A DNA stretch of 32,000 nucleotides from Cupriavidus necator (GCF_016127575.1 NZ_CP066019.1:1200001-1232000), one strand, 5' to 3'. Counted from the stretch's first letter, positions 1 to 11,046 are shown. Notes: generated by a model not told the origin, from the sequence alone. Numbers and translations: made by a program.

Positions 1-1033
<1,033 letters not shown>

Positions 1034-1049
1034 GGTTGCGCTCCCGGAT

Positions 1050-1838
1050 TCAGAGTTGCCGCGCCAGGCGCGGATCGAGCGCGTCGCGCAGGCCGTCGCC
1101 GAGCAGGTTGATGGCCAGCACCGTCGCGGCCAGCAGGATGCCCGGGTACAGGATGATGTGGAAGGCCACGGCCACGAAATTGCGCCCCTCGGCCATCATG
1201 TTGCCCCAGCTCGGCATCTGGGCCGGCACGCCGACGCCGAGGAACGACAGCGCGGCTTCCGTGAGCACGGCGGTGGCGGCCACGAAAGTGGCCTGCACGA
1301 TCAGCGGCGCCACCATATTGGGCACCACGTGGCGCATCAGGATCACCGGCAGGCGGGTGCCGACCGCATGCGCCGCCTCGACGTAGAGCTGCTCGCGCAG
1401 GGTCAGCGCCAGCGAGCGCACCAGCCGCACCACGCGGGGGACCTCGGGTATGGCGATGGCGATGATCACCGCGCCCAGGCTGGCCTGCGTAACGGCCATC
1501 AGCGCGATCGCCAGCAGGATGCCCGGGATTGCCATCAGGCCGTCCATCACGCGCATCACCAGGGAGTCCGCCCGGCGCACGAAGCCTGCGACCAGGCCCA
1601 GCAGCACGCCGGACACGGTTGCCAGCAGCCCGACCGACAGGCCCACGATCATGGAGACGCGGCCGCCCCAGACCGCGCGGCTGAATACGTCGCGGCCGAG
1701 CGCGTCGGTGCCGAACCAGTGCTCGGCCGATGGCGGCTGCATGCGCGCCAGCGGGTCGATGTCCTGCGGGTCGACGGTGGCAATCCAGGGCGCGCCGAGG
1801 GAGAGCACGGCGATCACCGCCAGCAGCAGCGCGCCCAA
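1050..1838 (-). CDS. ABC transporter permease, DppC/OppC-like (N-terminus/start uncertain because of an in-frame TAG at 1863-1865)
   Basis: 262-aa ORF with several hydrophobic helices and the EAA-type loop [27 protein letters not shown]. It sits between the ATPase and the second permease. The track start at 1838 is a TTG without an obvious SD. See the finding on the upstream amber codon. Confidence 0.8.
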   Translation of the reverse strand: MGALLLAVIAVLSLGAPWIATVDPQDIDPLARMQPPSAEHWFGTDALGRDVFSRAVWGGRVSMIVGLSVGLLATVSGVLLGLVAGFVRRADSLVMRVMDGLMAIPGILLAIALMAVTQASLGAVIIAIAIPEVPRVVRLVRSLALTLREQLYVEAAHAVGTRLPVILMRHVVPNMVAPLIVQATFVAATAVLTEAALSFLGVGVPAQMPSWGNMMAEGRNFVAVAFHIILYPGILLAATVLAINLLGDGLRDALDPRLARQL

Positions 1839-1970
1839 GATCAGCGTGGGGTGCTTGCGCGCCTAGTGCCAGCGCGGCAGCACGAAAGGCGCATGGTCGG
1901 GTGCCGGTACGGCAGGTTCGGTCGCGGGCAGGGAAGTGGTCATGTCAGCAGTGTCTCGCGGCGAAAGCCA

Positions 1971-2906
1971 TCAGTACTTGATGCGCGGATCGAACAGCCG
2001 GTAGCTGAGGTCGATCATCAGGTTGATCAGCACGTAGACCCCGGCGGAGACCAGCAGCACGCTCTGGATCACCGGGTAGTCGTGGCGCTGCACCGAGTCG
2101 ACCACCAGGCGGCCGACACCCGGGATCGCAAACACGGTCTCGGTCACGACCACGCCGCCGATCAGCAGCGCGATGCCCATGCCGACGGTGGTGGCGATCG
2201 GGATCGCCGCGTTGCGCAGCGCGTGGCCCAGCACCGGCAGCACGCCCAGGCCCTTGGCGCGCGCAGTGCGGATGTAGTCCTCATGCAGCACTTCCAGCAC
2301 GGTGGCGCGCGTCATGCGCGTCACCAGCGCGATATAGACCAGCGCCAGGTTGACGCAGGGCAGCACCAGGCTGCGCAGCCATGCGCCGGCGCCGTCGGCG
2401 AGGCGCGCATAGCCCTGCACCGGGAACCACGGCAACTGGATGGCAAAGGCGTAGACCAGCAGGTAGCCCACCAGGAACACCGGCAGCGAGAATGCCAGCA
2501 CCGCGAACAGCATTACCAGCCGGTCGACCCAGCTGCCGGCGCGGTACGCGGCCAGCGTTCCCAGTGGCACCGCGACCAGCAAGGTCAGCAGCATGGTCAG
2601 CGCGGCGACAGAGACGGTCGGCTCCAGCCGCTGTGCCAGCAACTGCGCCACCGGCACCTGGGTGAAGATGGAGGTGCCGAGGTCGCCGGTGGCGAGCCGG
2701 CCGAGCCACAGCAAGAACTGCCGCCACAGCGGCTGGTCCAGCCCCAGCACGCCGCGCAGCCTGGCGATGTCGTCAACGGTCGCGAGGTCGCCTGCGATCA
2801 GCGCCGCCGGATCGCCCGGCGACAAGTGGATCAGCAGGAAGACCACCACGGCCACCACTGCCATCACGGGCAGCGTCGCGGCCAGGCGTCTGAGCAGGTA
2901 GCCCAT
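1971..2906 (-). CDS. ABC transporter permease, DppB/OppB-like
   Basis: The track ORF 1971..3008 was trimmed to the ATG at 2906 ([18 protein letters not shown]...), which is preceded by GGGGGA. It has the typical N-terminus, the IRTARAKGL motif and a ...DPRIKY C-terminus. The upstream 34 codons overlap the binding-protein gene and look non-coding. Confidence 0.85.
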   Translation of the reverse strand: MGYLLRRLAATLPVMAVVAVVVFLLIHLSPGDPAALIAGDLATVDDIARLRGVLGLDQPLWRQFLLWLGRLATGDLGTSIFTQVPVAQLLAQRLEPTVSVAALTMLLTLLVAVPLGTLAAYRAGSWVDRLVMLFAVLAFSLPVFLVGYLLVYAFAIQLPWFPVQGYARLADGAGAWLRSLVLPCVNLALVYIALVTRMTRATVLEVLHEDYIRTARAKGLGVLPVLGHALRNAAIPIATTVGMGIALLIGGVVVTETVFAIPGVGRLVVDSVQRHDYPVIQSVLLVSAGVYVLINLMIDLSYRLFDPRIKY

Positions 2907-2940
2907 TGTCGTGTTTCCCCCGGTGGTTCGTGCTTCGTGG

Positions 2941-4524
2941 TTATTTGTCGAGCATCCAGACCGTGGGCATGCCGGCCCACATCTTGTCGATGCCCTTGAG
3001 GCTGGCACGCGCCGCGAACGCCGACGAGTACTGGCCGGCGTTCACATAGGGCACCGCCTCATAGGCGCGCTTCTGGAAGGCATCGAGCAGTTCCTTGCGC
3101 TTGGCGGGCACGGTCTCGCGGACCCAGGCCGTGCGCAGTGCGTCGAGCGGCTTGTCGCAGGGCCAGCCGGGCAGGCTGGTGCCGCAGGGGGCGCTGAGGT
3201 AGGCATTGGTGATCGGGGAATCGGCATCGAACTCGCCCGCGACGGTCACGTACATATTCCAGCCCCCGGCCTCGGGCGCATCCCGCTTGGCGCGGCGCGC
3301 GCCGATGGAGGCCCAGTCCATGTTCTGCATGTCGACGTTCATGCCCATGCTGCGCATGGTCTGTGCCGCCATCAGGGCTTCAGCGTTGAGCTGGGGAATG
3401 TCGGTCGGCACCAGCAGCACCACCTTTTCGCCCTTGTAGCCCGCCGCACCCAGCAACTGCCTGGCACGCGCCGGATCGGCCTTGCGGTACGGTTCGGCGC
3501 CGGCAGCGGTATCATTGGGGCCGCCGCAGATGAAGAAGGTGGCGCAGTAGTTGATGCGCATGTCGAGCGGATAGCCCATGGCCGCGGTGAAGCGTTCCTG
3601 GCTGACCGCCTGCAGGAAGGCCTGGCGCACTTTCGGGTTGTTGAATGGCGGATGCAGCTGGTTCATCACCAGCACGCCCTGGTAGGCGCCGCCCGAGCCG
3701 ATCTTGATGCTGGCGTCGCCGCGCAGCGGGGTGATGTAGTCCGGCGGTACCTGTTCGATCAGGTCGACCTCGCCGCGCTTGAGCGCCGCGATGGCGCTGT
3801 TGGCGTCCGGCAGGTAGAGCCATTCGACGCGGTCCACGCGGGGCTGCTTGCTGCCGGCGAGGCCGCTCGCGGGCTCGCTGCGTGCCACGTAGTGCGGGTT
3901 GCGCACGAACACCGCCTTGTTGCCCGGCACCCATTCGTCGCGCTTGAAGATGAAGGGGCCGGAGCCCAGCACCTCGGGCAGCGGCGCGGTGGCGGGCATC
4001 CTGGCCAGGCGCTCCGGCAGGATCACCGGGGGATAGCCCGAGGGCTTGGCCAGCGCATCGAGCACCATGCCAAAGGGCTCCTTGAGCGTCAGCGTGAACG
4101 TGCGCGCGTCGACCGCCTTCCACTCGGCGCCGGCTTCGCCCATGGCTCGGCCCAGGCTGTCGCGCGCGCCCCAGCGCTGCAGCGAGGCGATCGCGTCGGC
4201 CGAGGTAACCGCGCTGCCATCCGAGAACTTCAGGCCGGGACGCAGCGTGAAGCTCCACTGCCGGCCATCCTTCGAGCTGCTGTACTTCTCGACCATCTGT
4301 GGTTGCGGCTTGCCCCTGGCGTCCTGCGCGAACAGCGTGTCGTAGACCATGTAGCCGAAGTTGCGCGTGATGTAGGCCGTGGTGAAGGTCGGATCGAGGA
4401 TCTTCAGGTCGGCATGCGCCACGACCTTGAGCGTCTTGGTCTGTGCCAGCACGGGAAGGCTGGCGCCTGCCAGGACCAGGGCGCCCGCCGCGAGCGCGGC
4501 GGACAGGGATCGGTTTGGTGTCAT
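2941..4524 (-). CDS. ABC transporter periplasmic substrate-binding protein, family 5 (peptide/nickel type)
   Basis: 527-aa ORF with a signal peptide ([28 protein letters not shown]). The size and position upstream of the two permeases fit a family-5 SBP. ATG at 4524 is preceded by GGAG. Confidence 0.85.
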   Translation of the reverse strand: MTPNRSLSAALAAGALVLAGASLPVLAQTKTLKVVAHADLKILDPTFTTAYITRNFGYMVYDTLFAQDARGKPQPQMVEKYSSSKDGRQWSFTLRPGLKFSDGSAVTSADAIASLQRWGARDSLGRAMGEAGAEWKAVDARTFTLTLKEPFGMVLDALAKPSGYPPVILPERLARMPATAPLPEVLGSGPFIFKRDEWVPGNKAVFVRNPHYVARSEPASGLAGSKQPRVDRVEWLYLPDANSAIAALKRGEVDLIEQVPPDYITPLRGDASIKIGSGGAYQGVLVMNQLHPPFNNPKVRQAFLQAVSQERFTAAMGYPLDMRINYCATFFICGGPNDTAAGAEPYRKADPARARQLLGAAGYKGEKVVLLVPTDIPQLNAEALMAAQTMRSMGMNVDMQNMDWASIGARRAKRDAPEAGGWNMYVTVAGEFDADSPITNAYLSAPCGTSLPGWPCDKPLDALRTAWVRETVPAKRKELLDAFQKRAYEAVPYVNAGQYSSAFAARASLKGIDKMWAGMPTVWMLDK

Positions 4525-4584
4525 GTGCAGTCTCCGCTTTCTTCGTTGTCGTTGTTGTCGTGATCGCAGCCAGGCGGCCGGCGC

Positions 4585-6039
4585 TCAGGCCGCGGCGCTG
4601 TCCAGGGGCCACTTGGGCCGCTGGATCTTGCGATAGGGCAGGGTCGTGAGGTCAAGCGTGACGGCCCCCGGGGCGCCTGCGTAGATCACGTGCCTTGCCA
4701 CTTTCGAGAAGGACGCGTAGAAGTGCTGCGAGGACTTGACCACGATGATCTGCTTGCGCGCCAGGTCACAGCCCAGCTGGGTGAACATGTCCGTGCCCAT
4801 GGCCTGGTTGCGCAGCGTGTTCAGCACGATGTCGATGCCGTTGGCTTCCACCAGCGCGCAGTCGCCCATCGGCACCGGCGCGTCGGACAGCCCGGTCATC
4901 ACCATGTCGGGCAGCAGAGCCTTGACCGTGCAGTCCAGATCCAACGGGTCGCCCGATAGCGGACTGATCTTGCCGCCGATGCGCATCCGCAGGCGTGCGC
5001 CCACGCCGGCATCGAAGGCGATGCGCACCGCGATCGGGTCCCACATCGGGCCGACCGCCGCATTGCCGATGCCGCGCTCGATCATGCGACGCAGGACAAA
5101 GGTGGAGTCGCTGGCTGCGCCGCCGCCGGGATTGTCGGCGCCGTCGGCCAGCACCACTGGCCCGCCGTCGCAGGCCAGCGCCTCGTCAAGCGAGGTGTCG
5201 ATGTCCGGGTAGCGCACCGTGAGCCCGTCGCGCATGGCGATCAGTTCGTCGGCGAGTTGCCGCGCCAGCGCATCGGCCCTGGCCTGGTTGCCATCGACGT
5301 AGACCAGGACCTTGGTGCCCATCGCCGGCACATCGCCCCATGAAAACCCATGCGCCAGCGAGATCGACAGCACGCCGTCGCGCCCTTCCAGCGACTGGAT
5401 GCGGTCGATGAAGCCGCGCGCCGGCTCGCGCGAGGTGTGGACCGTGACGATCATGCTGCAATCGACCACCGCCGCCACCGGGCGAACCTTGCCTGCCACC
5501 GTGGCCGCGCACAGGTCGACCAGTTCCAGCGCGCGTTCCAGCACGTCGGTATGCGGGTATTCCTTGAAGGCGACCATCACGTCGGCGTATGCCGTCATCT
5601 CGGGCGTCAGGTGGCAGTGCGGGTCCAGCTCCGCGCCGATCACCACGTCCGGGCCGACGATGGCGCGCACACGCTGCAGCAGGTCGCCCTCGCAGTCGTC
5701 ATAGCCATCGGCCACCATCGCGCCGTGCAGGCCGAGCAGCACCATGTCCACCGGCAGCGCCGCGCGCAGGTCGGCCAATAGTTCCTCGCGCAGGGTTTCG
5801 TAGGCATGGCGGGTGGTGGTGCCGCTGGGCTGCGCGCCGGCGACCATGCCTTCGCACAGCTGCCAGCCGCGCTCCTTGCCGCGGATCCGTGCAGCCCACA
5901 GCGGCCCTGAGAAAAACGTCATCTGGTCAGGATGCTGGCCGGCCGCGAAGTAGCCGCGATCCCTGAAGGACGCCAGGCCGGTGGGCATCGGCGCAAAGGT
6001 GTTGGTTTCGGTAGCGAGGGAGGCACTGAAGACACGCAC
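4585..6039 (-). CDS. M81-family metallopeptidase (MlrC-like)
   Basis: 484-aa ORF. The N-terminus MRVFSASLATETNTFAPMPT carries the ETNTF motif characteristic of MlrC-type proteins (family recalled from memory). GTG start at 6039 with AGGAG 9 nt upstream. Confidence 0.75.
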   Translation of the reverse strand: MRVFSASLATETNTFAPMPTGLASFRDRGYFAAGQHPDQMTFFSGPLWAARIRGKERGWQLCEGMVAGAQPSGTTTRHAYETLREELLADLRAALPVDMVLLGLHGAMVADGYDDCEGDLLQRVRAIVGPDVVIGAELDPHCHLTPEMTAYADVMVAFKEYPHTDVLERALELVDLCAATVAGKVRPVAAVVDCSMIVTVHTSREPARGFIDRIQSLEGRDGVLSISLAHGFSWGDVPAMGTKVLVYVDGNQARADALARQLADELIAMRDGLTVRYPDIDTSLDEALACDGGPVVLADGADNPGGGAASDSTFVLRRMIERGIGNAAVGPMWDPIAVRIAFDAGVGARLRMRIGGKISPLSGDPLDLDCTVKALLPDMVMTGLSDAPVPMGDCALVEANGIDIVLNTLRNQAMGTDMFTQLGCDLARKQIIVVKSSQHFYASFSKVARHVIYAGAPGAVTLDLTTLPYRKIQRPKWPLDSAAA

Positions 6040-6090
6040 GATGGTTGGCTCCTGGTCAGTCGGGGATTAGCGGTTGGGGGAAAGCGCGAT

Positions 6091-7257
6091 TCAGGCCGAA
6101 GCGGCCAGGCGGCGCAGGCGCGCCGGCCCAAGCATCCCGGCGCTCAGGCCGAACGAAGCAGGATGCGCCGGCACCGGCAGGCCGCGCGCCAGCGCGGCAC
6201 AGGTCTCGCCCATGGCCGCCGAGGTCTGGATGCCGTAGCCGCCCTGGCCCGCCACCCAGAAGAAGCCCGGCACGGCGTCGTCGAACCCGCCCACCAGGTC
6301 ACCGTCGGCGACGAAGGAGCGCAGCCCGGCCCAGGTGCGCGCAGGGCGGCGGATCCTGAGCGAGGTCGCGGTCTCGATGCGGTCGATGGCAAGCGCGATA
6401 TCCATTTCCTCGGGCTGGACGTCCTGTGGCTCGACCGGGTCGGCATTGGCCGGGGAGCCCAGCAACATGCCGGCATCGGGCTTGATGTACCAGTCCTCGT
6501 CGGCGCCGAAGACCATGGGCCAGCCGCTGGTGTCCATATCCGCGGGCGGAGCAAAGACGAAGGCAGAGCGGCGGCGGGGTTCAATCCCCAGCGGCTGCAC
6601 GCCGGCCAGCCGCGCGATGACGTCGGCCCAGGCGCCGGCGGCGTTGAGTACCACCGGTGCCGCATATACCGCCCCGCCAGCCTCCACGCGCCAGTGGTCC
6701 CGCACGCGTGCCATGGCCGTGACTTCGGCATCGCACACCAGCTTGCCGCCGGCCTGGCGCATGCCGCGCAGGTAGCCCTGGTGGATCGCGTCCACATCCA
6801 TGTCCGCGGCGCCGGGCTCATAAACGCCGCCGATCACTTGCTCCGCGCGCAGCGCTGGTACGCGCTCGCACGCTTGCGCGGCACTCAGCAGGCGGGCGTC
6901 GGGATCGACGGCGCGCACCACGTCCCAGTGCGCGTCAAGCAAATGCTGTTGCCCGGGGCCGGCGACCATCAGCGCGCCGCGCGGCGTGAGCAGCGGGTGC
7001 GAGGCAAAACCCGGCGGCGGATCCTGCAGGAAGGCGCGGCTTGCCATCGTCAGCGCGCGGACCTGCGTGGTGCCGTAGCTTTCCATGAACAACGCCGCCG
7101 AGCGGCCGGTCGAGTGGTAGCCAGGCTGGGCTTCGCGTTCGAGCAGGATGACGCGGCCATGGGGCGCGAGCCAGTACGCGACGGAAGCACCGGCAATGCC
7201 GCCTCCGATGATGAGATAGTCGGCTCGAATCGGTGAGGCAGCGTGAGTCGGGTGCAT
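6091..7257 (-). CDS. FAD-dependent oxidoreductase (DAO / glycine-D-amino-acid-oxidase-like)
   Basis: 388-aa ORF. N-terminal dinucleotide-binding fold ADYLIIGGGIAGASVAYWLA...VILLERE. First gene of the minus-strand operon. Confidence 0.8.
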   Translation of the reverse strand: MHPTHAASPIRADYLIIGGGIAGASVAYWLAPHGRVILLEREAQPGYHSTGRSAALFMESYGTTQVRALTMASRAFLQDPPPGFASHPLLTPRGALMVAGPGQQHLLDAHWDVVRAVDPDARLLSAAQACERVPALRAEQVIGGVYEPGAADMDVDAIHQGYLRGMRQAGGKLVCDAEVTAMARVRDHWRVEAGGAVYAAPVVLNAAGAWADVIARLAGVQPLGIEPRRRSAFVFAPPADMDTSGWPMVFGADEDWYIKPDAGMLLGSPANADPVEPQDVQPEEMDIALAIDRIETATSLRIRRPARTWAGLRSFVADGDLVGGFDDAVPGFFWVAGQGGYGIQTSAAMGETCAALARGLPVPAHPASFGLSAGMLGPARLRRLAASA

Positions 7258-7325
7258 GGATCAGGTGGCAGGAGAGCGCCTGCGGGGCGCTCATGCATTC
7301 GGAATGGGAGTGAGTGTAGGCAAGA

Positions 7326-7358
7326 ATTTGCGTATATGCAAATTGCGGATACGCAAAT
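7326..7358. promoter_or_regulatory. Candidate operator: perfect 10-bp inverted repeat ATTTGCGTAT-N13-ATACGCAAAT in the divergent promoter region
   Basis: Read directly: 7326-7335 is the reverse complement of 7349-7358. A nested TTTGC/GCAAA palindrome lies at 7327-7343. A possible sigma70 promoter follows immediately (TTGCGC 7360-7365, 18-nt spacer, GATAAG 7384-7389). Confidence 0.4.
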
Positions 7359-7444
7359 CTTGCGCTAAGGTGGGCGGCAAGGGGATAAGCCTTGGCGCGG
7401 TCTGCTCTGTTAGCATTCCGTCCAACGGAAAAAAGGACGCAGGC

Positions 7445-8182
7445 TTGAAACCACACACCGCCCAGGGGCGCGGCAGCGGCATCGGGACCGATGACGGCGA
7501 GTCGCGCACGCTCGACCGTGAAACCTTTGGCAAGCGCCTGCGCGCGGCGCGCAAGGCCTTTGGCTGGACGCTGGCGCACCTCGCCGAACTGTCGGGAGTC
7601 TCGATCACCACCATCTCGCGTGCGGAGCGCGGGCAACTGGCGCTGGGCTACGAGAATTTTGCCGCGCTGGGCCAGGCGCTGCAGATGGACATGGGCTCGA
7701 TGTTCGCGGGTGCCGGCACGAAGACGTCACCGTTCCAGGGGCCGGTCGTGACCCGGGCCGGCGCGGGCGTGACCTACCGGGGATCGTCGCTGACCTATGA
7801 GTTTCTTGGCACAGAGGCCGTCGGCAAGCAGATGAGCCCGGTGGTCGGCACCGTGCATGCGCGCCGCATCGAGGGCCCCGGTGACTTCTCGCGCCATCCC
7901 GGCGAGGAGTTTGTCTATGTGCTCAGCGGCGAGATCGAAATCCATTTCGACAACGGCGAGAAGCTGCACCTGGCGCGGGGCGATGCGTTGTATTTCGATG
8001 CCCGCATGGGCCACGCCTACATCAGCGTAAGCCGGCAGCTCGCCCGGATCGTGGGTGTGACCACCAGCGAAAGCAACTTGATGAAGTCGGCCCAGGCGGC
8101 GAAGCCGGAGGCCGTGCCAAAACGGGCCGTCGGGCGCACGCAGGGGAAAGCCGCCGCGACCAGGGGCAAGGGCAAAGGCTGA
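7445..8182 (+). CDS. XRE-family HTH transcriptional regulator with C-terminal cupin domain
   Basis: HTH segment FGKRLRAARKAFGWTLAHLAELSGVSITTISRAERGQ. Cupin-like segment HPGEEFVYVLSGEIEIHFDNGEKLHLARGDALYFDARMGHAY. The start is uncertain. I chose TTG 7445 (AAGGA 8-9 nt upstream) because the track start at 7256 would overlap the divergent gene start and the operator. In-frame alternatives are ATG 7304 and GTG 7370. Confidence 0.75.
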   Translation: MKPHTAQGRGSGIGTDDGESRTLDRETFGKRLRAARKAFGWTLAHLAELSGVSITTISRAERGQLALGYENFAALGQALQMDMGSMFAGAGTKTSPFQGPVVTRAGAGVTYRGSSLTYEFLGTEAVGKQMSPVVGTVHARRIEGPGDFSRHPGEEFVYVLSGEIEIHFDNGEKLHLARGDALYFDARMGHAYISVSRQLARIVGVTTSESNLMKSAQAAKPEAVPKRAVGRTQGKAAATRGKGKG

Positions 8183-8411
8183 AGGGGGCGGAACCCGCGC
8201 TTTCAGGTTCCGAGGTGAAACATTGCTTGCGGAGCCCCGTGTGGCCGTGGATACGGCATGGGGTCGGTGTTCTTCGCCATATTCTTCGTGGCCGACCAGC
8301 AGCTGTCGCATTTCTTTACGGCGGCGGCGCGGCTTGCATGCCGTTGCGAGCAGGCTGTCCCTGGTGAATTCGGTTTTTTTTGAATTCTGGCTTCATTTTT
8401 CTTGAAGAGCA

Positions 8412-8431
8412 AAATCAGAATCGCCTGATTT
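8412..8431 (+). promoter_or_regulatory. AT-rich palindrome AAATCAG-N6-CTGATTT followed by ATTTTTT in the vgrG upstream region (operator or weak terminator)
   Basis: Read directly: 8412-8418 is the reverse complement of 8425-8431, and a T-run follows. The stem is short and AT-rich, so the function is unclear. Confidence 0.25.
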
Positions 8432-8582
8432 ATTTTTTCGGCAGCACCATTTTTACTATCCATCTTGAGTTGCAGCGCCGTCATTCAATGACCGCCGCAG
8501 CGATAGCGTGCCGCGAGACGCAGCGTATCCAGTCACTAGTTTGTTTCGGCACGAAAGCGTTCAACTCCACGGAGTGCTTCGC

Positions 8583-11033
8583 ATGGGTAGCCGATTACCG
8601 TTTTCCTCCCGTACCGTTACCGTATCCGGTGATGGGTTGCCGGAACTATTGGGACAGCCGCTGCTAGTATTTTCCAGGCTGTCCGGCACCGAGGGTATCA
8701 ATTCGCTGTTCGAGTATGAGCTGGAACTCAAGACGCCGGACGACCGCAATGTCCTGTACGGTCCGGCGGGCGATTTCGACCTGGAAGCCATGCAAGGCAA
8801 GGAGCTGACAGTCAGTATCGAACTGGACGGCTCCGGCAGCGGCCTGGACGGCGGCCTCGGCAGGGGCAAGCGCGAGATAACAGGGATCGTCACCGATGTG
8901 CGCGGCCCTTACCACGAAAACGAGCGCATTCGCTATCGCCTGACCTTGCGCCCCTGGTTTTGGCTCGGCACGCTCACCTCCACCTTCAAGCGGTTCCAGA
9001 ACATGAATGTCCTGGAAATCGTGGAAGTGGTGCTGAGCAGATATACATTTCCGGTCGAGCGCCGGCTTTCACTCATCGAGTATCCCAAGCGCCAGTATCA
9101 ATTGCAGGCCGGCGAGACCGACTACCAGTTCGTGCGCCGGCTGCTCGCAGAGTGGGGCCTGAATTTCCATTGGGAGCACACGAACGGCCATCACCGCATG
9201 GTGCTGACGGATGGCAATGGCGCCTTCCAGAACATCCCCAGCCCCGCGTATCACACCATCAACTGGTATCCATCCTCGGACCGGGTGGACGAAGAACACC
9301 TCCACCAATTCGAGGTACGCGATTGCCTGATTACAGGCTCGTGGGCGCACGGGGATTACGACTACAACCAGCCCCGCGCCGACCTGAATGTCTCCGTTGA
9401 CGACCCCCGCGAGACCAGCCATGCCACCTATGAACTGTACAGCTGGCCAGGCGATTACGTTCAGCCCAAGTCCGGCAATGACGCCCGCAAGGAAGGCGAC
9501 ATGCTGGCGCGCATCAATATGGAACGCCTGCGGCAACACGGCGTGCGGGTGCGCGGCCAGGGCAACGTGCGCGCAATGGCGCCGGGCCACACCTTTACGC
9601 TGAAGCGCTTCCTGCGTGCTAAGGCCAACCGCGAGTACCTGATTTTCGCTACGCGCCTGCTAATCGAGGACGTGGGCGAGTTCGCGGGTAGCGACCAGCA
9701 ATGGCGCTGCGAGGTGGAATTCGAAGCCCAGCCCACCAGCGAAATCTTCCGGCCCGAGTCGGTCAAGAAGCCTTACATCGGCGGGCATCACATCGCCAGG
9801 GTCGTCGGCCCGGCCAATCAGGAAATCTGGAGCGATGATCTGGGACGGGTGCGCTGCCAGTTTGTCTGGGATCGTTACGGTAGTTTTGACGAGAATAGCT
9901 CCTGTTGGATTCGCGTAACCGGTTTTTCATCGGGCGGTCGTTTCGGCAACACGCACCTGCCGCGCATCGGCCAGGAAGTCATTGTCATATACGAGGGCGG
10001 AGACCCGGATCGGCCAATCATCATCGGGCCTGTCAATAACCGGCTGAACCTGCCGCCGTGGCAGTTGCCCAGCCAGCATGCATTGTCCGGCTACCAGAGC
10101 AAGGAACTGTTCGGCGAAGGCCGCAACCAGACCCTCTACGACGACACGCAGGGCCAGCAGCAGGTGCAAGTCGGGTCGGACTACCAGAACAGCCTGCTGG
10201 CCCTGGGCCACATTGTCCGGGTGAGGGGTTGGGAGGGACGCAAGGACAAGCGGGGAGAAGGGTTCGAACTGCGCACCGACGCGCATGGCGCGCTGCGCGC
10301 CGCACTTGGCCTGCTTATCACCACCTTTTCGCGCCTGAACGCTGAAGGCAACGCGATGAATGTGCGGGATGTCGTCCAGTTGCTCGAACAGGCACAGGGC
10401 ATTGCCGCCACCATGGGAGAGAAGGCGACTGAAGCCCAGGCCCAGGACGGCGAACAGACCGACATTGCAAAACTGCTGGAGAAGCAGCTCGAGCAAATCC
10501 AGGGCGGAGGCGAACTGAAGGAATTTACCGCCCCCCATCTGGTATCGGCCAGCCCCGCCGGCATCGTCTCCACGGCAGCGGGTTCGACCCACATCGCCAG
10601 CGGTGGCGACACCGCACTGACCACGGGGGAACACCTGTCCGTCACCGCCGGTGGCGGCTTCTTTGCCAGCGTGCGCAAGGCGCTGCGCATGTTCGCCTAT
10701 GAGGCTGGCATGAAGCTGGTTGCAAACATGGGCGATATCGACCTGCAAGCCCTGAAGAACAATATCAATCTGCTGGCGAAGCTCAAGATCACCCTGACCG
10801 CCGACGAGATCACCATTCAGGCCAGGCAGAAACTGTTGCTGGCAGGCGGCGGCAGCTACCTGCGACTGGACGGCAACATCGAGCATGGCACCAACGGCAG
10901 GTTCACCGTCCACGCCGCCAGCAAGCTGCTGACCGGGCCTAACAGCATCCCGACGGAACTGAGCACAAAGCAGGTCTGCCTGGAATGCCTGCTCAAGGCA
11001 GCCAGGCGCAACACGGGCCTGTTGCTGCGCTGA
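8583..11033 (+). CDS. vgrG: Type VI secretion spike protein VgrG (TssI)
   Basis: 816 aa from ATG 8583 (GGAG 8 nt upstream); the track ORF begins earlier, at 8508. The N-terminus LLVFSRLSGTEGINSLFEYELELKTPD is the classical VgrG gp27-like start. The gp5 OB-fold region is ...RVTGFSSGGRFGNTHLPRIGQEVIVIYEGGDPDRPIIIG. The C-terminal part is repeat-rich and DUF2345-like. Confidence 0.95.
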   Translation: MGSRLPFSSRTVTVSGDGLPELLGQPLLVFSRLSGTEGINSLFEYELELKTPDDRNVLYGPAGDFDLEAMQGKELTVSIELDGSGSGLDGGLGRGKREITGIVTDVRGPYHENERIRYRLTLRPWFWLGTLTSTFKRFQNMNVLEIVEVVLSRYTFPVERRLSLIEYPKRQYQLQAGETDYQFVRRLLAEWGLNFHWEHTNGHHRMVLTDGNGAFQNIPSPAYHTINWYPSSDRVDEEHLHQFEVRDCLITGSWAHGDYDYNQPRADLNVSVDDPRETSHATYELYSWPGDYVQPKSGNDARKEGDMLARINMERLRQHGVRVRGQGNVRAMAPGHTFTLKRFLRAKANREYLIFATRLLIEDVGEFAGSDQQWRCEVEFEAQPTSEIFRPESVKKPYIGGHHIARVVGPANQEIWSDDLGRVRCQFVWDRYGSFDENSSCWIRVTGFSSGGRFGNTHLPRIGQEVIVIYEGGDPDRPIIIGPVNNRLNLPPWQLPSQHALSGYQSKELFGEGRNQTLYDDTQGQQQVQVGSDYQNSLLALGHIVRVRGWEGRKDKRGEGFELRTDAHGALRAALGLLITTFSRLNAEGNAMNVRDVVQLLEQAQGIAATMGEKATEAQAQDGEQTDIAKLLEKQLEQIQGGGELKEFTAPHLVSASPAGIVSTAAGSTHIASGGDTALTTGEHLSVTAGGGFFASVRKALRMFAYEAGMKLVANMGDIDLQALKNNINLLAKLKITLTADEITIQARQKLLLAGGGSYLRLDGNIEHGTNGRFTVHAASKLLTGPNSIPTELSTKQVCLECLLKAARRNTGLLLR

Positions 11034-11046
11034 CCCGAGACCGGCG

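Noticed and set aside
7256-7444. Upstream extension of the XRE-cupin ORF to position 7256, as in the ORF track.
   Set aside because: It would overlap the start of the divergent FAD-oxidoreductase gene and read through the operator/promoter-like region. The extension (MDQVAGERLRGAHAFGMGVSVGKNLRICKLRIRKSC...) looks non-coding. The exact start remains uncertain.
8183-8206. Possible imperfect direct repeat flanking the island: GGGCGGAACCCGCGCTTTC at ~8186-8204 versus GGGCGGTTGAACCGGCGGCTTTCC at ~17063-17086.
   Set aside because: The match is only loosely similar, with indels and GC-rich low information. It cannot be called an att-like duplication without a formal alignment and comparison to an empty site.
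10255-10280. GGTTCGAA-like string reminiscent of a tRNA T-arm. I also scanned by eye for tRNA, rRNA, CRISPR repeats, IS inverted repeats and integrases.
   Set aside because: The string lies inside the vgrG reading frame (GEGFELRTD) with no acceptor or anticodon stems. No regularly spaced repeats or mobility genes were found anywhere in the window.
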